A stretch of 64,000 bases of DNA, taken from the NCBI GenBank assembly GCA_965215505.1, contig OZ244065.1, positions 3,392,001 to 3,456,000 on the forward strand. Direction: 5' to 3'. The notes beneath the pieces were generated by a model. That model did no database searches, was not told the origin of the DNA, and saw only the letters and a program-made list of their open reading frames with translations. Positions 7,876 through 17,591 of the stretch are shown piece by piece. The position numbers were made by a program, and so were the translations under genes. Positions within the stretch are counted from its first letter, which is position 1; the number at the start of each line of letters is the position of its first letter. The stretch is from Capsulimonadaceae bacterium. GTDB lineage: Bacteria; Armatimonadota; Armatimonadia; Armatimonadales; Capsulimonadaceae.

Positions 7876-10851
7876 TCACAGCCGCACCGTCTCCGCCGCC
7901 CCCCGGTAAACCACGGTCCGGTCGGCGCGCGGCGCGAACGAGAACCCGGCGGGCCGGTCTTTGGACACCAGCACGATTTTGAACGTGCGCGTGGTCAGCA
8001 TTCCGGGGAATGCCCCCAGCCGCTTGCCCAGCGAGAGCGTTCTCGTGGCATCGTTCCACCGGATGGGAATGCGCGTGGACGCCCCCTTCTCATAGTCGTA
8101 AGTCAGGCCGTCGTCTTCATAGAGCGCGAACACGCCGTTTGCGCCCGCATAAACGGTCAGGGTGATCGGGTCGGCCTTCTTCTCGCCGACGTACTGCTGC
8201 TCCGGCCCGAAGGGGAGGATCGCCCCGGCGCGGACATGCAGCGGCAGCGAGTCGAAGGCGGCGGGGGCATTAACCGTCCGGCCGCCCATCATTGAAGCAC
8301 CCGTCCAGAAGTCGTACCAGCCGCCAACCGTCGGCGGCAGGTAGACGGGCCGGGAGCGGGCGCGGTAGGCCGTGATCGGGCTGACTAGCAGGGCTGGGCC
8401 GAACATGTACTGGTCCGCGACAGCCCGCGCCTTCGGGTCAGCCTGGAAGTCCATGACGAGGGGGCGCATCAGAGTCCCGCCCGCCCGCGTCACCGTGCCT
8501 GCCGCCGAATAGAGGTAGGGCAGCATTTGGTAGCGCAGGCGGTCGAACTTGAGTTCCGCCTTGTAGGCGGGCGAGTTGTCGCCGCCGAACTGCCACATCT
8601 CGCGGTACGGGGCCTCACCGTGGACGCGCAGCAGGGGGACGAACGTCCCGAACTCGAACCAGCGCGTGTTCATCTCCCGCCACTCTTCCACGTCTGCGGG
8701 CGTCGCGTTCCGGCCCGCGAACCGTGCCGGGACCGAGAAGCCGCCCGTGTCCATGGTCCAGTAGGGGACGCCCGACACGCTGAAGCCCAGCCCCGCCGCG
8801 ATCTGCTTTTGCAAAGCCGTCCAGGTGGAAGTGATGTCGCCCGACCAGGTCGCCGTGGCGTACCTCTGCTGCCCGGCGTAGCCCGAGCGGGTCAGGATGA
8901 AGACGCGCTGCCTGGGGGCGGCGGCGCGCTGGCCTTCGTAAATGCCCCGGCTGTTTTCTAACGCCCAGCCGTTCAGCACCCGTGCGGGCGTACCCCCCGC
9001 CGTCGGCGTCATGTGCGTCAGTGTCCCGGCAAGCTCCGGCGTCGCCAGCAGGTCCGGCTCGGAAGCGTCCATCCACCAGGCATCCACATGCTTCTGGAAC
9101 AGGGCGTCGTTGATCTGCGACCAGAAGAGCTGCCGCGCCGAGGGGTTAAAGGCGTCATAGAAGGTGAACGGGAAGCCCACCCAATCTTTCGCGCCTTCCG
9201 TTAGGTCCGGCTCATACAGGAAGCCGCGCGAGTGCATGGCCTCAAAGTTCTTGGTGCCGGGGTAGAACTTGCCCCAGACCGAGATCATCAGGTGGGAATG
9301 CTTGGCATGGGCGGCTGCCACCCAGCCTGCCGGGTCGGGGAAGCGCGCCGGGTCGAATTGGTGCGACCCCCAGGCGTCGCGCGGCCAGTAGAACCAGTCC
9401 TGGACGATGTTGTCAAAAGGGATGCCGCGCGACCGGAAGCCGTCTACAACGTCCAGGCTCTGCTGCTGCGTCTCGTACCGCTGCCGGGACTGCCACAGCC
9501 CGTAAGCCCAGCGCGGCATCAGGCGGGCCGGGCCGGTCAGCAGGCGGTAGCCCGCCACGACCGTGTCAAGCTTCGGGCCGTAGACGAAGTAGTAGTCGGT
9601 GCCGTCCCCCACCTGCGACCACAAGGACGTGGCGGGGTCCGAGGAGGGCGTCTTCCAAAACAGGCGCATCGTGTTCGCGCCCTGGTCTTTGGTCCAGTCT
9701 AAACGGAGGTGATAGCGATGCCCTGCCATTAGGCGGACGCGGGCCACGTCGTCATTCGGCAGCCAGCTCTGACGCCAGTGGTTCATCAGCATCTTGCCGT
9801 CCACCCAGAACTTGATGCCGCCGTTGGAGTAGGCTTGGAACGTGTACACCCCCGTCTGCGTCGGCGCGACATCGCCCTCCCAGCGGACGCCCGAGTCGCC
9901 GCGCCCCAGGCCCGGCAGCCGCGAGCCGTCCGGGAACAACCCGGCGCTGGACTCGCCCGGCTGCGTGAACGCCGCGTCAGTAAAGCGGGTGACGGTCAGC
10001 CCGCCAGGCTTGCCGTCCGCCCCGGACAGCAGGGCGGCCGGGACCGGCGCGAGCAGGCGCAGGTCGCCGAAGCGCGTGAACGAGTCGTTGTCCCACAAAA
10101 TGCCGTAGCCCCGGCTGGACACCAGGAACGGCACGATGACATTCGTGTTGTGCTGCCAGAGGTCCAGGTCGTAGCCCTTGATGTCCATCAATCCGAGCTG
10201 ATGCTGCCCCAGGCCGTAGAGCGATTCGTCTGCGTTCGGCTGCCATTCCTGACGCACATGGAAAGCGTTCTCGCCCTGCACTTGGGCTGGTTCCAGGCGG
10301 CGACCGGGCTTCTCGGCGGCGATGGGTTTCCCGGCGCTGTCCAGGAACGAGACGGCCCCCGTCTGGAGGTCCACGCGGGCCTGGAGGCTTTTGGTCACGA
10401 GTGTCGCCTGATGCGGTGCCTGCTCCAAGTGCCACGCGACCGGCGCGGGGGTGCCCGCCGTCACCATCAGGCTCGGGTGGCGGAAGAACGCGCGCTTCTT
10501 GGCATAGGCGACGCGGACGATGTTGTCCGCGCGCACTTGCAGGCTGAGGAAGCCGCCGCCCTGGGCGACGACGATCCCGTCCGCCTGCATCTCCACAGCG
10601 TCCGTCTTCGCCTGGGCAGGGCAAGCCGGCAGGAGGGCGACGGTCATCGCCGCCGCTAGGATGAGTTTAGACAGCGAAATCCTGGCGCTGCGTGTCCCCG
10701 GATTGAAATCCGGGTCTTTAGCCTTGCCAATGTCCGCCTGCGCGGACAGCCCACTTCGTGGGTTTCTTATGTCCACGCAGGTGGACAATCGCTCTACCAA
10801 AGACCCGGATTTCAATCCGGGTGACTCACGCGATGGATTAAGTAGGTTCAA
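7876..10851 (-). CDS. GH31 alpha-xylosidase with PA14 domain
   Basis: YGLGQHQ, IVQDWFYW, WWMDASEP nucleophile, WSGD, PA14-like insert (WEGDVAPTQTGVYTF...NGGIKFWVDG); TTG start overlaps the upstream TGA. Confidence 0.92.
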   Translation of the reverse strand: MNLLNPSRESPGLKSGSLVERLSTCVDIRNPRSGLSAQADIGKAKDPDFNPGTRSARISLSKLILAAAMTVALLPACPAQAKTDAVEMQADGIVVAQGGGFLSLQVRADNIVRVAYAKKRAFFRHPSLMVTAGTPAPVAWHLEQAPHQATLVTKSLQARVDLQTGAVSFLDSAGKPIAAEKPGRRLEPAQVQGENAFHVRQEWQPNADESLYGLGQHQLGLMDIKGYDLDLWQHNTNVIVPFLVSSRGYGILWDNDSFTRFGDLRLLAPVPAALLSGADGKPGGLTVTRFTDAAFTQPGESSAGLFPDGSRLPGLGRGDSGVRWEGDVAPTQTGVYTFQAYSNGGIKFWVDGKMLMNHWRQSWLPNDDVARVRLMAGHRYHLRLDWTKDQGANTMRLFWKTPSSDPATSLWSQVGDGTDYYFVYGPKLDTVVAGYRLLTGPARLMPRWAYGLWQSRQRYETQQQSLDVVDGFRSRGIPFDNIVQDWFYWPRDAWGSHQFDPARFPDPAGWVAAAHAKHSHLMISVWGKFYPGTKNFEAMHSRGFLYEPDLTEGAKDWVGFPFTFYDAFNPSARQLFWSQINDALFQKHVDAWWMDASEPDLLATPELAGTLTHMTPTAGGTPARVLNGWALENSRGIYEGQRAAAPRQRVFILTRSGYAGQQRYATATWSGDITSTWTALQKQIAAGLGFSVSGVPYWTMDTGGFSVPARFAGRNATPADVEEWREMNTRWFEFGTFVPLLRVHGEAPYREMWQFGGDNSPAYKAELKFDRLRYQMLPYLYSAAGTVTRAGGTLMRPLVMDFQADPKARAVADQYMFGPALLVSPITAYRARSRPVYLPPTVGGWYDFWTGASMMGGRTVNAPAAFDSLPLHVRAGAILPFGPEQQYVGEKKADPITLTVYAGANGVFALYEDDGLTYDYEKGASTRIPIRWNDATRTLSLGKRLGAFPGMLTTRTFKIVLVSKDRPAGFSFAPRADRTVVYRGAAETVRL
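10697..10821. repeat. REPIN-like four-hairpin element, subfamily C, inside the GH31 5' coding region
   Basis: CCCGGATTGAAATCCGGG ... TGTCCGCCTGCGCGGACA ... TGTCCACGCAGGTGGACA ... CCCGGATTTCAATCCGGG. Confidence 0.85.
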
Positions 10852-13169
10852 AGTGTCACCGGCACAGTCTTTCGCAGTCTGATGTCTTCCGCAGAGCGCC
10901 CGACCCGGATCTGCATCCAGTCGTTCTCCACATCGAACCGGTGCGCCTTGACGTCCCAGTACGCCGTCTGGTCCGCCCGCAGGGGGAGGGTGACGGTGCG
11001 CGTCTCGCCCGGCTTCAGAGTGACCCGCCGGAAGCCCGCGAGCTGTTCCAGGGGCCGCGCGACCGAGGAGCCGAGGTGGGTGACGTACATCTGCACGACC
11101 TCATCGCCGGCCCGTTGCCCCGTGTTCTTGACGTCCACGCTGACCTGCATCGGCCCGCTCGCGGACAGCGCGGGCGCGCTCGTCTTCAGATGGGAATAGG
11201 CGAACGTCGTGTAGCTGAGGCCGTACCCGAACGGGTACAGCGGCTTGCCGTTAAAGTATTGGTAGGTGCGCCCGTGCCGGATGTCGTAGTCCATCATCGG
11301 CGGCAGTTGGTCCAGCGAGGCGGGCCAGGTCTGCACCAGCCGACCGCCGGGGTTGTAGTCGCCGAACAGCACGTCGGCCAAGGCGTTCCCCGCCTCCTGG
11401 CTGCACTGCGTCATGTGGACGATGGCCGGGACATGCGCCTGCGTCCAGTTGATCGCATAGGGGAAGCTCGAAATCAAGGCCACGACCGTGCGCGGGTTGG
11501 CCGCGTAGACCTGCTTGATCAGCTCCTCCTGGCCCGACTCCAGCGAGATGCTCTGGCGGTCCACGGCCTCGCGGCCCTCGTCCGGCGAGTTGACCTTGGC
11601 CCAGCCCTGGTTGTCGCCGCCGGTCGGGTGGTTGCCGACGCACACGAGGGCGACATCGGACGACTTGGCGAGCCGGGCGGCTTCCGCCGGGTCACTGCCG
11701 TCGGAATAGCGGACGGTCACGCCCGGCCCGACTTTGGCCCGGATGCCCGCAAGCGGCGTGACGACATAGGGGGGCGCACCGCCGTACCAGTCCAGCAGCA
11801 CCCGGTCCGCGCGCGGCCCGAGGACGGCGATGGACTTCACTGTGCTCCTATTCAGTGGCAGCAGGCCGCCGTTCTTAAGAAGCACGATGGACTCGCGCGT
11901 CACCGCGCGGGCAAGTGCCTGGTGCGCGGGAGACAGCCACGGCTCCGGGCCGCCGTCCGTGCCGACACTGGCATAGGGGACGCGGGCGGGCGGGTCCAGC
12001 AGGCCCAGATGCAGGAGGATGCGGAAGTTTGGCCGGATGGCGCGGTCGATGTCCGCCTCGGTGATTAGATGCTGGTCCAGGGCCAGCGTCACCGACGGCC
12101 CCGCCCGTTCCAGATACTTGGTGATCCCGGCGTGCAGCGTCCCCGCCACGGCGTGGGGCAGGTCGGCGTAGTAGTGGTGCGACGTGACGAGCTGCCCCAT
12201 CGCGCCGCCGTCGGTGCAGATGATGCCGTCGTTGCCCCACTCCTTGACCGTGATGTCCTCTAAAATCGGGCTGACCCCCATCGGGATGCCGTTGTGGGAG
12301 TTGTAAGCGGCCATGTAGCCGCGCGCCCCGGCCTCGATGCCCATGCGGAACGGCACTGAGTAATACTCCCGCAGCAGCCGGTCGTCGAAGTCCGACGAGG
12401 TCTTGTCCCGGTCGTTCTCGTTGGAATTGGCTAAAAAGTGCTTGAGCAGGGCGGACGTCTGCCAGTAGTGCGGGTCGTCACCCTGAAGCCCATGTACCAT
12501 GGCAGAAACCAGAGTACCGTTGAAATAGGCGTCTTCCCCGTAGCACTCCTCCGTCCGACCCCAGCGCGGGTCGCGGCCCAGGTCCGAGTTCGGGGCCATG
12601 ACGATCAGGTCGGGCCGGCCGTACTTGGCGCTCTGGGAGATGTAGCGGGCCTCGTTCCCCTCCGCCGCGCCCATTTTACGGACCGCCTCGGGGTCCCACG
12701 TCTCCGCCATGCCGATGGCCTGCGGGAACGTCGTGGTCAGGAGCGGGGCCGGGCGCGGGCGGTTCGCGCCCGCTCCGCCCCCTGCTGCTCCGGCGGCGGG
12801 CGGCGGGGTGGGGCGTGGCACGACCGGCGGGCCGCCCGGCTGGGCCTGGCCGACGCGCGGCCCGGCCAGCGACAGCCCGTGCAGGCCCTCCGCGTGGTTG
12901 GTCCCGGCGATCCCCAGGCGCGGGACGCTGGTGCGCGTCGCGAGGCAGGCGATCTTCTCGTCCAGCGTCAGGAGCGAGATCAGGTTGGTGATCCGCTCCT
13001 CGGCGGGCTTGTCCGGGTCCTGGAAGGGGTACTGGTATGGGGCGGCGGGGGCCTGGGCGTGACCCGCCCGCGCGCCGAAGCCGAGGAGCGTGCCGAGGAG
13101 CAGCAGCGCCAAAATCCGCGTCCGTGTCGTCATTGACGTTGTCCTCATGGGATGCACTATGGATTGCAA
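10848..13169 (-). CDS. GH3 beta-glucosidase/xylosidase, secreted (start may be 13148 or 13133)
   Basis: Signal peptide; same GH3 motifs as 246-2375, of which it is a close paralog. Confidence 0.92.
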   Translation of the reverse strand: MQSIVHPMRTTSMTTRTRILALLLLGTLLGFGARAGHAQAPAAPYQYPFQDPDKPAEERITNLISLLTLDEKIACLATRTSVPRLGIAGTNHAEGLHGLSLAGPRVGQAQPGGPPVVPRPTPPPAAGAAGGGAGANRPRPAPLLTTTFPQAIGMAETWDPEAVRKMGAAEGNEARYISQSAKYGRPDLIVMAPNSDLGRDPRWGRTEECYGEDAYFNGTLVSAMVHGLQGDDPHYWQTSALLKHFLANSNENDRDKTSSDFDDRLLREYYSVPFRMGIEAGARGYMAAYNSHNGIPMGVSPILEDITVKEWGNDGIICTDGGAMGQLVTSHHYYADLPHAVAGTLHAGITKYLERAGPSVTLALDQHLITEADIDRAIRPNFRILLHLGLLDPPARVPYASVGTDGGPEPWLSPAHQALARAVTRESIVLLKNGGLLPLNRSTVKSIAVLGPRADRVLLDWYGGAPPYVVTPLAGIRAKVGPGVTVRYSDGSDPAEAARLAKSSDVALVCVGNHPTGGDNQGWAKVNSPDEGREAVDRQSISLESGQEELIKQVYAANPRTVVALISSFPYAINWTQAHVPAIVHMTQCSQEAGNALADVLFGDYNPGGRLVQTWPASLDQLPPMMDYDIRHGRTYQYFNGKPLYPFGYGLSYTTFAYSHLKTSAPALSASGPMQVSVDVKNTGQRAGDEVVQMYVTHLGSSVARPLEQLAGFRRVTLKPGETRTVTLPLRADQTAYWDVKAHRFDVENDWMQIRVGRSAEDIRLRKTVPVTL

Positions 13170-13250
13170 TGGGAGCGATAATCTTGTATACTAGGCCGGG
13201 CCGGTCCCCCTTGTGGGGATTTGATTGACCGGGTTCACCAAAGACAAGGT

Positions 13251-13279
13251 ATTATATCAGGATGAGGGCGGTACGTCAA
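13251..13279 (-). promoter_or_regulatory. Sigma70-type promoter for the minus-strand glycosidase genes
   Basis: TTGACG-17 nt-TATAAT on minus strand. Confidence 0.7.
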
Positions 13280-13339
13280 GCCACAGACGCTTTTCGGCTG
13301 CCCTTTTTTGCACGGCGGGCGTATGAAGACGGGATAAGA

Positions 13340-13484
13340 CGAGTGATTGAAATCACTCGCTGCGCGCGGACCTGTCCAGGGGACAGAAGACGAGGATGAA
13401 GAATAAGAGGCAGATGCCCGGTCTTAATGCTGTTCCCTTGTCCCCTGGACAAATCCTGCGTCAGCGAGTGATTTCAATCACTCG
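13340..13484. repeat. REPIN-like element, subfamily A
   Basis: Same four hairpins, unique core. Confidence 0.92.
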
Positions 13485-13606
13485 TCCTCATGTGTCCGCC
13501 AAAGACCCCGCGCCCGCGTGTAATCTCCTGGATACGCCCGCTGATAGAATGATGACCGCCGGGATACAACATCACCGGGATCGCACAGATCGAACAGGAT
13601 CATATC

Positions 13607-15295
13607 ATGCCATCTCTACAGACATCCCTCGCCCGCCGACGCCCCCGCGCCGCAACAAGTCGGTGGCTGGCGGCGGCCTGCCTCGCCGCCCTGCCTATTC
13701 TGCCCGCTGCCGCCGCCGCGCCCCCGAGCCACCCGCTGCCGCGACTCGTCGAAAAGGCCGGCCGCCACGCCCTGCTCGTGGACGGTGCCCCGTACCTCAT
13801 GCTCGGCGCGCAGGTCAACAACTCCAGCGCCTGGCCCGGCGAGCTGCCCAAGGTCTGGCCCGCCATGAGGACGCTCCACGTCAACACCGTCGAGATCCCC
13901 GTCTACTGGGAACAGATGGAACCCGAGCCGGGACGCTTCGACTTCTCGCTCGTGGACACCCTGCTGGTCCAGGCCCGGCAGCACCACGTCCACCTCGTCC
14001 TGCTCTGGTTCGGCACCTGGAAGAACGGCAGCGCCCACTATCTGCCCGAGTGGATGAAGCGGCAGCCCGCCCTCTACCCCAACATCGTCAACGCCCAGGG
14101 CAAGCCGGTGGACTCGCCCTCCCCGCACGCCCCCGCCACCCTGGCCGCCGACATCAGGGCGTTCAGCGCCCTGATGGGGCACCTCAAAGGCGCGGACCCG
14201 CAGCGGACGGTCCTCATGGTCCAGGTGGAGAACGAGCCGGGGACCTGGGGCGGCGTCCGGGACTTTTCGCCGGCCGCCCAAAAGCTGTTTAACGCCCCCG
14301 TCCCCGCCGCGCTGCTGACAGCCCTGGGCAAGACGGCCGCGCCCGGCGCGGACTGGAGCGCGGTCTTCGGGGAGGACGCCGACGAGTACTTCCACGCCTG
14401 GTCCATCGCCCGCTACATCGGCCAGGTCGCGGCGGCGGGCAAGGCGGTCTACCCAATTCCGCTCTATGTGAACGCCGCCCTGCGCGACCCTCTGGCCGCG
14501 CCCCAGCACCCGCCGCAGTATGAGAGCGGGGGGGCGACCGACAACGTCCTGAGCATCTGGAAGGCCGCCGCCCCCGCCGTGGACTTGCTGGCCCCCGACA
14601 TCTACCAGAATGATGAGGCTCGCTACCGCAAGGTCCTGGACCTGTACGCCCGGCCCGACAACGCCCTGCTCGTCCCCGAGACCGGCAGCAGGGCCGAGAA
14701 CGCCCGGTACTTCTACGCCGCCCTGGGCCACCAGGCCATCGGCTTCGCGCCGTTCGGGCTGGACTTCACTAACTACAGCAGCAGCGCCACGGCCACGCTC
14801 GGCTCCGCCGCACTGTCCCCCGACGTCCTGGCCGCCTTCGCCCTGGACTACGAGGCGGTCGGCCCGATGGCGCGCGAGGTGGCCCGGCTGAACTTTGAAG
14901 GCAAGCTACAGGCCGTCGCCGAGCAGGCCGGCACGCCCACCCCGCCCCTGGAATTCGGCAACTGGGAGGCCACGGTCACTTACGGCGGCGGGCGTCGCGG
15001 CAGCCCCCCGCCCGCCGCCGACCCGGCCCTCCCTCCCCCGCCGCCGCTTGGCCGCGCCCTGATCGGGCAGCTCGGCCCGGACGAGTTCCTGGTGACGGGG
15101 GCATTCTGCCACGTCCGGTTTGCTCCCGCCGGGGCGAACGCGGGCAAGACCTGGCAGTACATCCGCGTCGAGGAGGGCCAGTACCGGAACGGCGTGTTCC
15201 ACCCGCTCCGCATCTGGAACGGCGACCAGACCGATTACGGGCTGAACTTCTCCTCCGCCCCCCAGGTGCTGCGCGTCTCGCTGTACACGCGGTAG
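13607..15295 (+). CDS. GH35-like beta-galactosidase (DUF5597 C-terminal domain), secreted
   Basis: LLVDGAPY..LGAQVNNSSAW, LLWFGTWKNG, MVQVENE acid/base motif, VEEG..W...NGDQ C-terminus. Confidence 0.88.
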   Translation: MPSLQTSLARRRPRAATSRWLAAACLAALPILPAAAAAPPSHPLPRLVEKAGRHALLVDGAPYLMLGAQVNNSSAWPGELPKVWPAMRTLHVNTVEIPVYWEQMEPEPGRFDFSLVDTLLVQARQHHVHLVLLWFGTWKNGSAHYLPEWMKRQPALYPNIVNAQGKPVDSPSPHAPATLAADIRAFSALMGHLKGADPQRTVLMVQVENEPGTWGGVRDFSPAAQKLFNAPVPAALLTALGKTAAPGADWSAVFGEDADEYFHAWSIARYIGQVAAAGKAVYPIPLYVNAALRDPLAAPQHPPQYESGGATDNVLSIWKAAAPAVDLLAPDIYQNDEARYRKVLDLYARPDNALLVPETGSRAENARYFYAALGHQAIGFAPFGLDFTNYSSSATATLGSAALSPDVLAAFALDYEAVGPMAREVARLNFEGKLQAVAEQAGTPTPPLEFGNWEATVTYGGGRRGSPPPAADPALPPPPPLGRALIGQLGPDEFLVTGAFCHVRFAPAGANAGKTWQYIRVEEGQYRNGVFHPLRIWNGDQTDYGLNFSSAPQVLRVSLYTR

Positions 15296-15420
15296 GGGCG
15301 CCGCTTGCCGCGCCCTCCTGTCCTGCCGCGCCTTTACGAAAGAGGGCACAGATTCAGGAGGGCACAGATTCAGGAGGGCACAGATTCAGGAGAAGAGGGC
15401 GCGGCAAGCGGCGCCCCTAC
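15292..15420. repeat. GTAG-family REP inverted pair with internal 16-bp x3 tandem
   Basis: GTAGGGGCGCCGCTTGCCGCGCCCT ... AGGGCGCGGCAAGCGGCGCCCCTAC; GAGGGCACAGATTCAG x3 in between; the GTAG tag contains the GH35 stop codon. Confidence 0.85.
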
Positions 15421-15448
15421 AATACGGTCCGAAGCAAATTGTCCGAAG

Positions 15449-15521
15449 CCCCGAAGGGGCGGCCCACCGGCGAAGCCGGGAATACCCCAATAAAACCTTA
15501 GACCGGCCCTTCAGGGCCGGG
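15449..15521. repeat. REP family D
   Basis: CCCCGAAGGGGCGGCCCACCGGCGAAGCCGGGA...CCGGCCCTTCAGGGCCGG; recurs at about 46270 and 48195-48318. Confidence 0.8.
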
Positions 15522-15839
15522 GATTCCTCCTCCGGGAACCTCGGACACCCACACACTTTGCGGGCCAGCACCCCTCCCCAGCCCATCCTTATGCCGCCCA
15601 GCCTGCCGATTACCGGCTCTGCGGCACCATTTTCGCTTTTCTTCGCCGAAACCGCGCAGGAAAGGCCGTTCATGCTGTAGAATAGAGTGACTCTATTGCG
15701 CCAGTGACTTGACGGAGAACGTAGCACGAGACAGTATCGTCTGTTATCAAGATTTATCATTCAGATTTATTTGTCTTAGAGAACGAAGACCCGTCCGCTC
15801 AACCTCAAAGCAGAATACAATTTTGGGGGTGAGGGAACG

Positions 15840-17381
15840 ATGACCATGACCGCCTGGGCGCTCCTCGCCGTCGCGGCCCTGCTCGGGGCCGCACTGGGGG
15901 GGACGCTGCTCTTTTACTTAAAGCCGCAGCGCGAAGTTCTGCGCGAGAAAGCCGCCGTCTTGGACGGCGAGCGGGAACGACTGAAGGCGTCGGACGAGAC
16001 GCGCCGCAAGGAACTGCTGATCGAGGCCCGCGAGGAGGCACTGCGCTTCCGGGGCGAGGTCGAACAGGAACACAAAGACAAGCGCAACGAACTGCAACGG
16101 GTCGAGCGAAAACTGGCACAAAAAGAGGAAGCGCTGGACGAGAAACTCTCCAGCCTGGACGATCAGCGCGAGGCCCTGGCCCTCCAGGAGCGCGCCGCCC
16201 AAAAGCACTTGCAGGAGGCCTGGGACACCAAAGAAGAACAGAAAGCGGAACTCCGGCGCGTCGCCGGCCTGAGCGCGGACGACGCCCGCGCCCTGGTGAT
16301 GAAGGACGCCGAGGACCAGGCCCGCCATGACGTCGCCCGGCTCGTCATGCAGATCGAGGCCGAGGCGCGCGCCGAGGGCGAGAAGCGCGCCCGCGCCATC
16401 GTCACGACCGCCATCCAGCGCATCGCCGCCGACCACGTCTCCGAGACGACCGTGTCGGTCGTCCCGCTGCCGTCCGACGACGTCAAGGGCCGCATCATCG
16501 GCCGCGAGGGCCGCAACATCCGCGCCTTCGAGACCCTGACCGGCGTGGACGTCATCATTGACGATACGCCCGAGGCCGTCGTCCTGTCCTCGTTCGACCC
16601 CGTGCGGCGCGAGGTGGCGCGGCTCGCCCTGACCGCGCTCATCATGGACGGCCGCATCCATCCGGGCCGGATCGAGGAGATCGTCGCCAAGGCCCAGGAC
16701 GAGGTCGAGCAGTCGCTCAGGCTGGCCGGCGAGCGGGCCGTCATGGAGTCCGGCGTCACCGGCCTGCACCCGGAGATCGTCAAGCTGCTGGGCCGGATGC
16801 GCTACCGGACCTCCTACGGCCAGAACCTCCTGGACCACTCCATCGAGGTCTGCCACATCGGGTCGAGCATCGCCGCCGAACTCGGCGCGAACGTCACCGT
16901 CGCCAAGCGCGCCTCGCTGCTGCACGACCTGGGCAAAGTGGTCCCGGACTCCGACATGCCGCACGCCCTGCTCTCGCAGGAGCTGATGCTGCGCTGGGGG
17001 GAGAGTCCCGCCGCCGCCCACGCCGCCGGGTCCCATCACGAGGAGATCCCGATGGAGACGGTCGAGGACGTCATCGTCCAGCTCGCCGACGCCATCTCGG
17101 CGGCCCGGCCCGGCGCGCGCCGCGAGATGCTGGAAAGCTACATCAAGCGCCTCCAGAAGCTCGAAGCCCTGGCCGACTCGTTCCCCGGCGTCGAGAAGAC
17201 CTACGCCGTCCAGGCCGGCCGCGAGATCCGCCTGATGGTGCGCCCCGAGGTCGTGGACGACGCCGCCGCCCACAAGCTGGCGCACGACGCCGCAAAAAAG
17301 ATCGAAGAGGAGATGGACTATCCGGGTCAGATCAAGGTGACGGTCATCCGCGAGACGCGCGCGATAAATTACGCGAAATAG
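15840..17381 (+). CDS. rny: Ribonuclease Y
   Basis: N-terminal TM, coiled coil, KH (KGRIIGREGRNIR), HD domain (RTSYGQNLLDHS, LLHDLGK), C-terminal YPGQIKVTVIRETR. Confidence 0.97.
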   Translation: MTMTAWALLAVAALLGAALGGTLLFYLKPQREVLREKAAVLDGERERLKASDETRRKELLIEAREEALRFRGEVEQEHKDKRNELQRVERKLAQKEEALDEKLSSLDDQREALALQERAAQKHLQEAWDTKEEQKAELRRVAGLSADDARALVMKDAEDQARHDVARLVMQIEAEARAEGEKRARAIVTTAIQRIAADHVSETTVSVVPLPSDDVKGRIIGREGRNIRAFETLTGVDVIIDDTPEAVVLSSFDPVRREVARLALTALIMDGRIHPGRIEEIVAKAQDEVEQSLRLAGERAVMESGVTGLHPEIVKLLGRMRYRTSYGQNLLDHSIEVCHIGSSIAAELGANVTVAKRASLLHDLGKVVPDSDMPHALLSQELMLRWGESPAAAHAAGSHHEEIPMETVEDVIVQLADAISAARPGARREMLESYIKRLQKLEALADSFPGVEKTYAVQAGREIRLMVRPEVVDDAAAHKLAHDAAKKIEEEMDYPGQIKVTVIRETRAINYAK

Positions 17382-17406
17382 ACGTATAAGCTAGGACGAG
17401 CTAGGA

Positions 17407-17426
17407 TGAGTGATTGAAATCACTCG
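17407..17426. repeat. Solo subfamily-A terminal hairpin
   Basis: TGAGTGATTGAAATCACTCG preceded by duplicated GCTAGGA(C/T)GA. Confidence 0.8.
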
Positions 17427-17591
17427 TCCTGACCCGCCCTCGGTCGTCTTTGCCGGCCGCGACCGGCACGTCCGTGGGCGACCGGCGCATCCCGTCGGCG
17501 GGCAAGGAACGGCAGTAATCAACAGGGGGTGGGGGCCTCCCCTCTCAGCCGATACGAATCAGACGGCACTAGAAATGAGCGGCTAAACACC

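Noticed and set aside
15684-15830. 6S RNA upstream of rny
   Set aside because: The position is suggestive, but I cannot form the long rod with a central bubble and the region is short; needs cmscan
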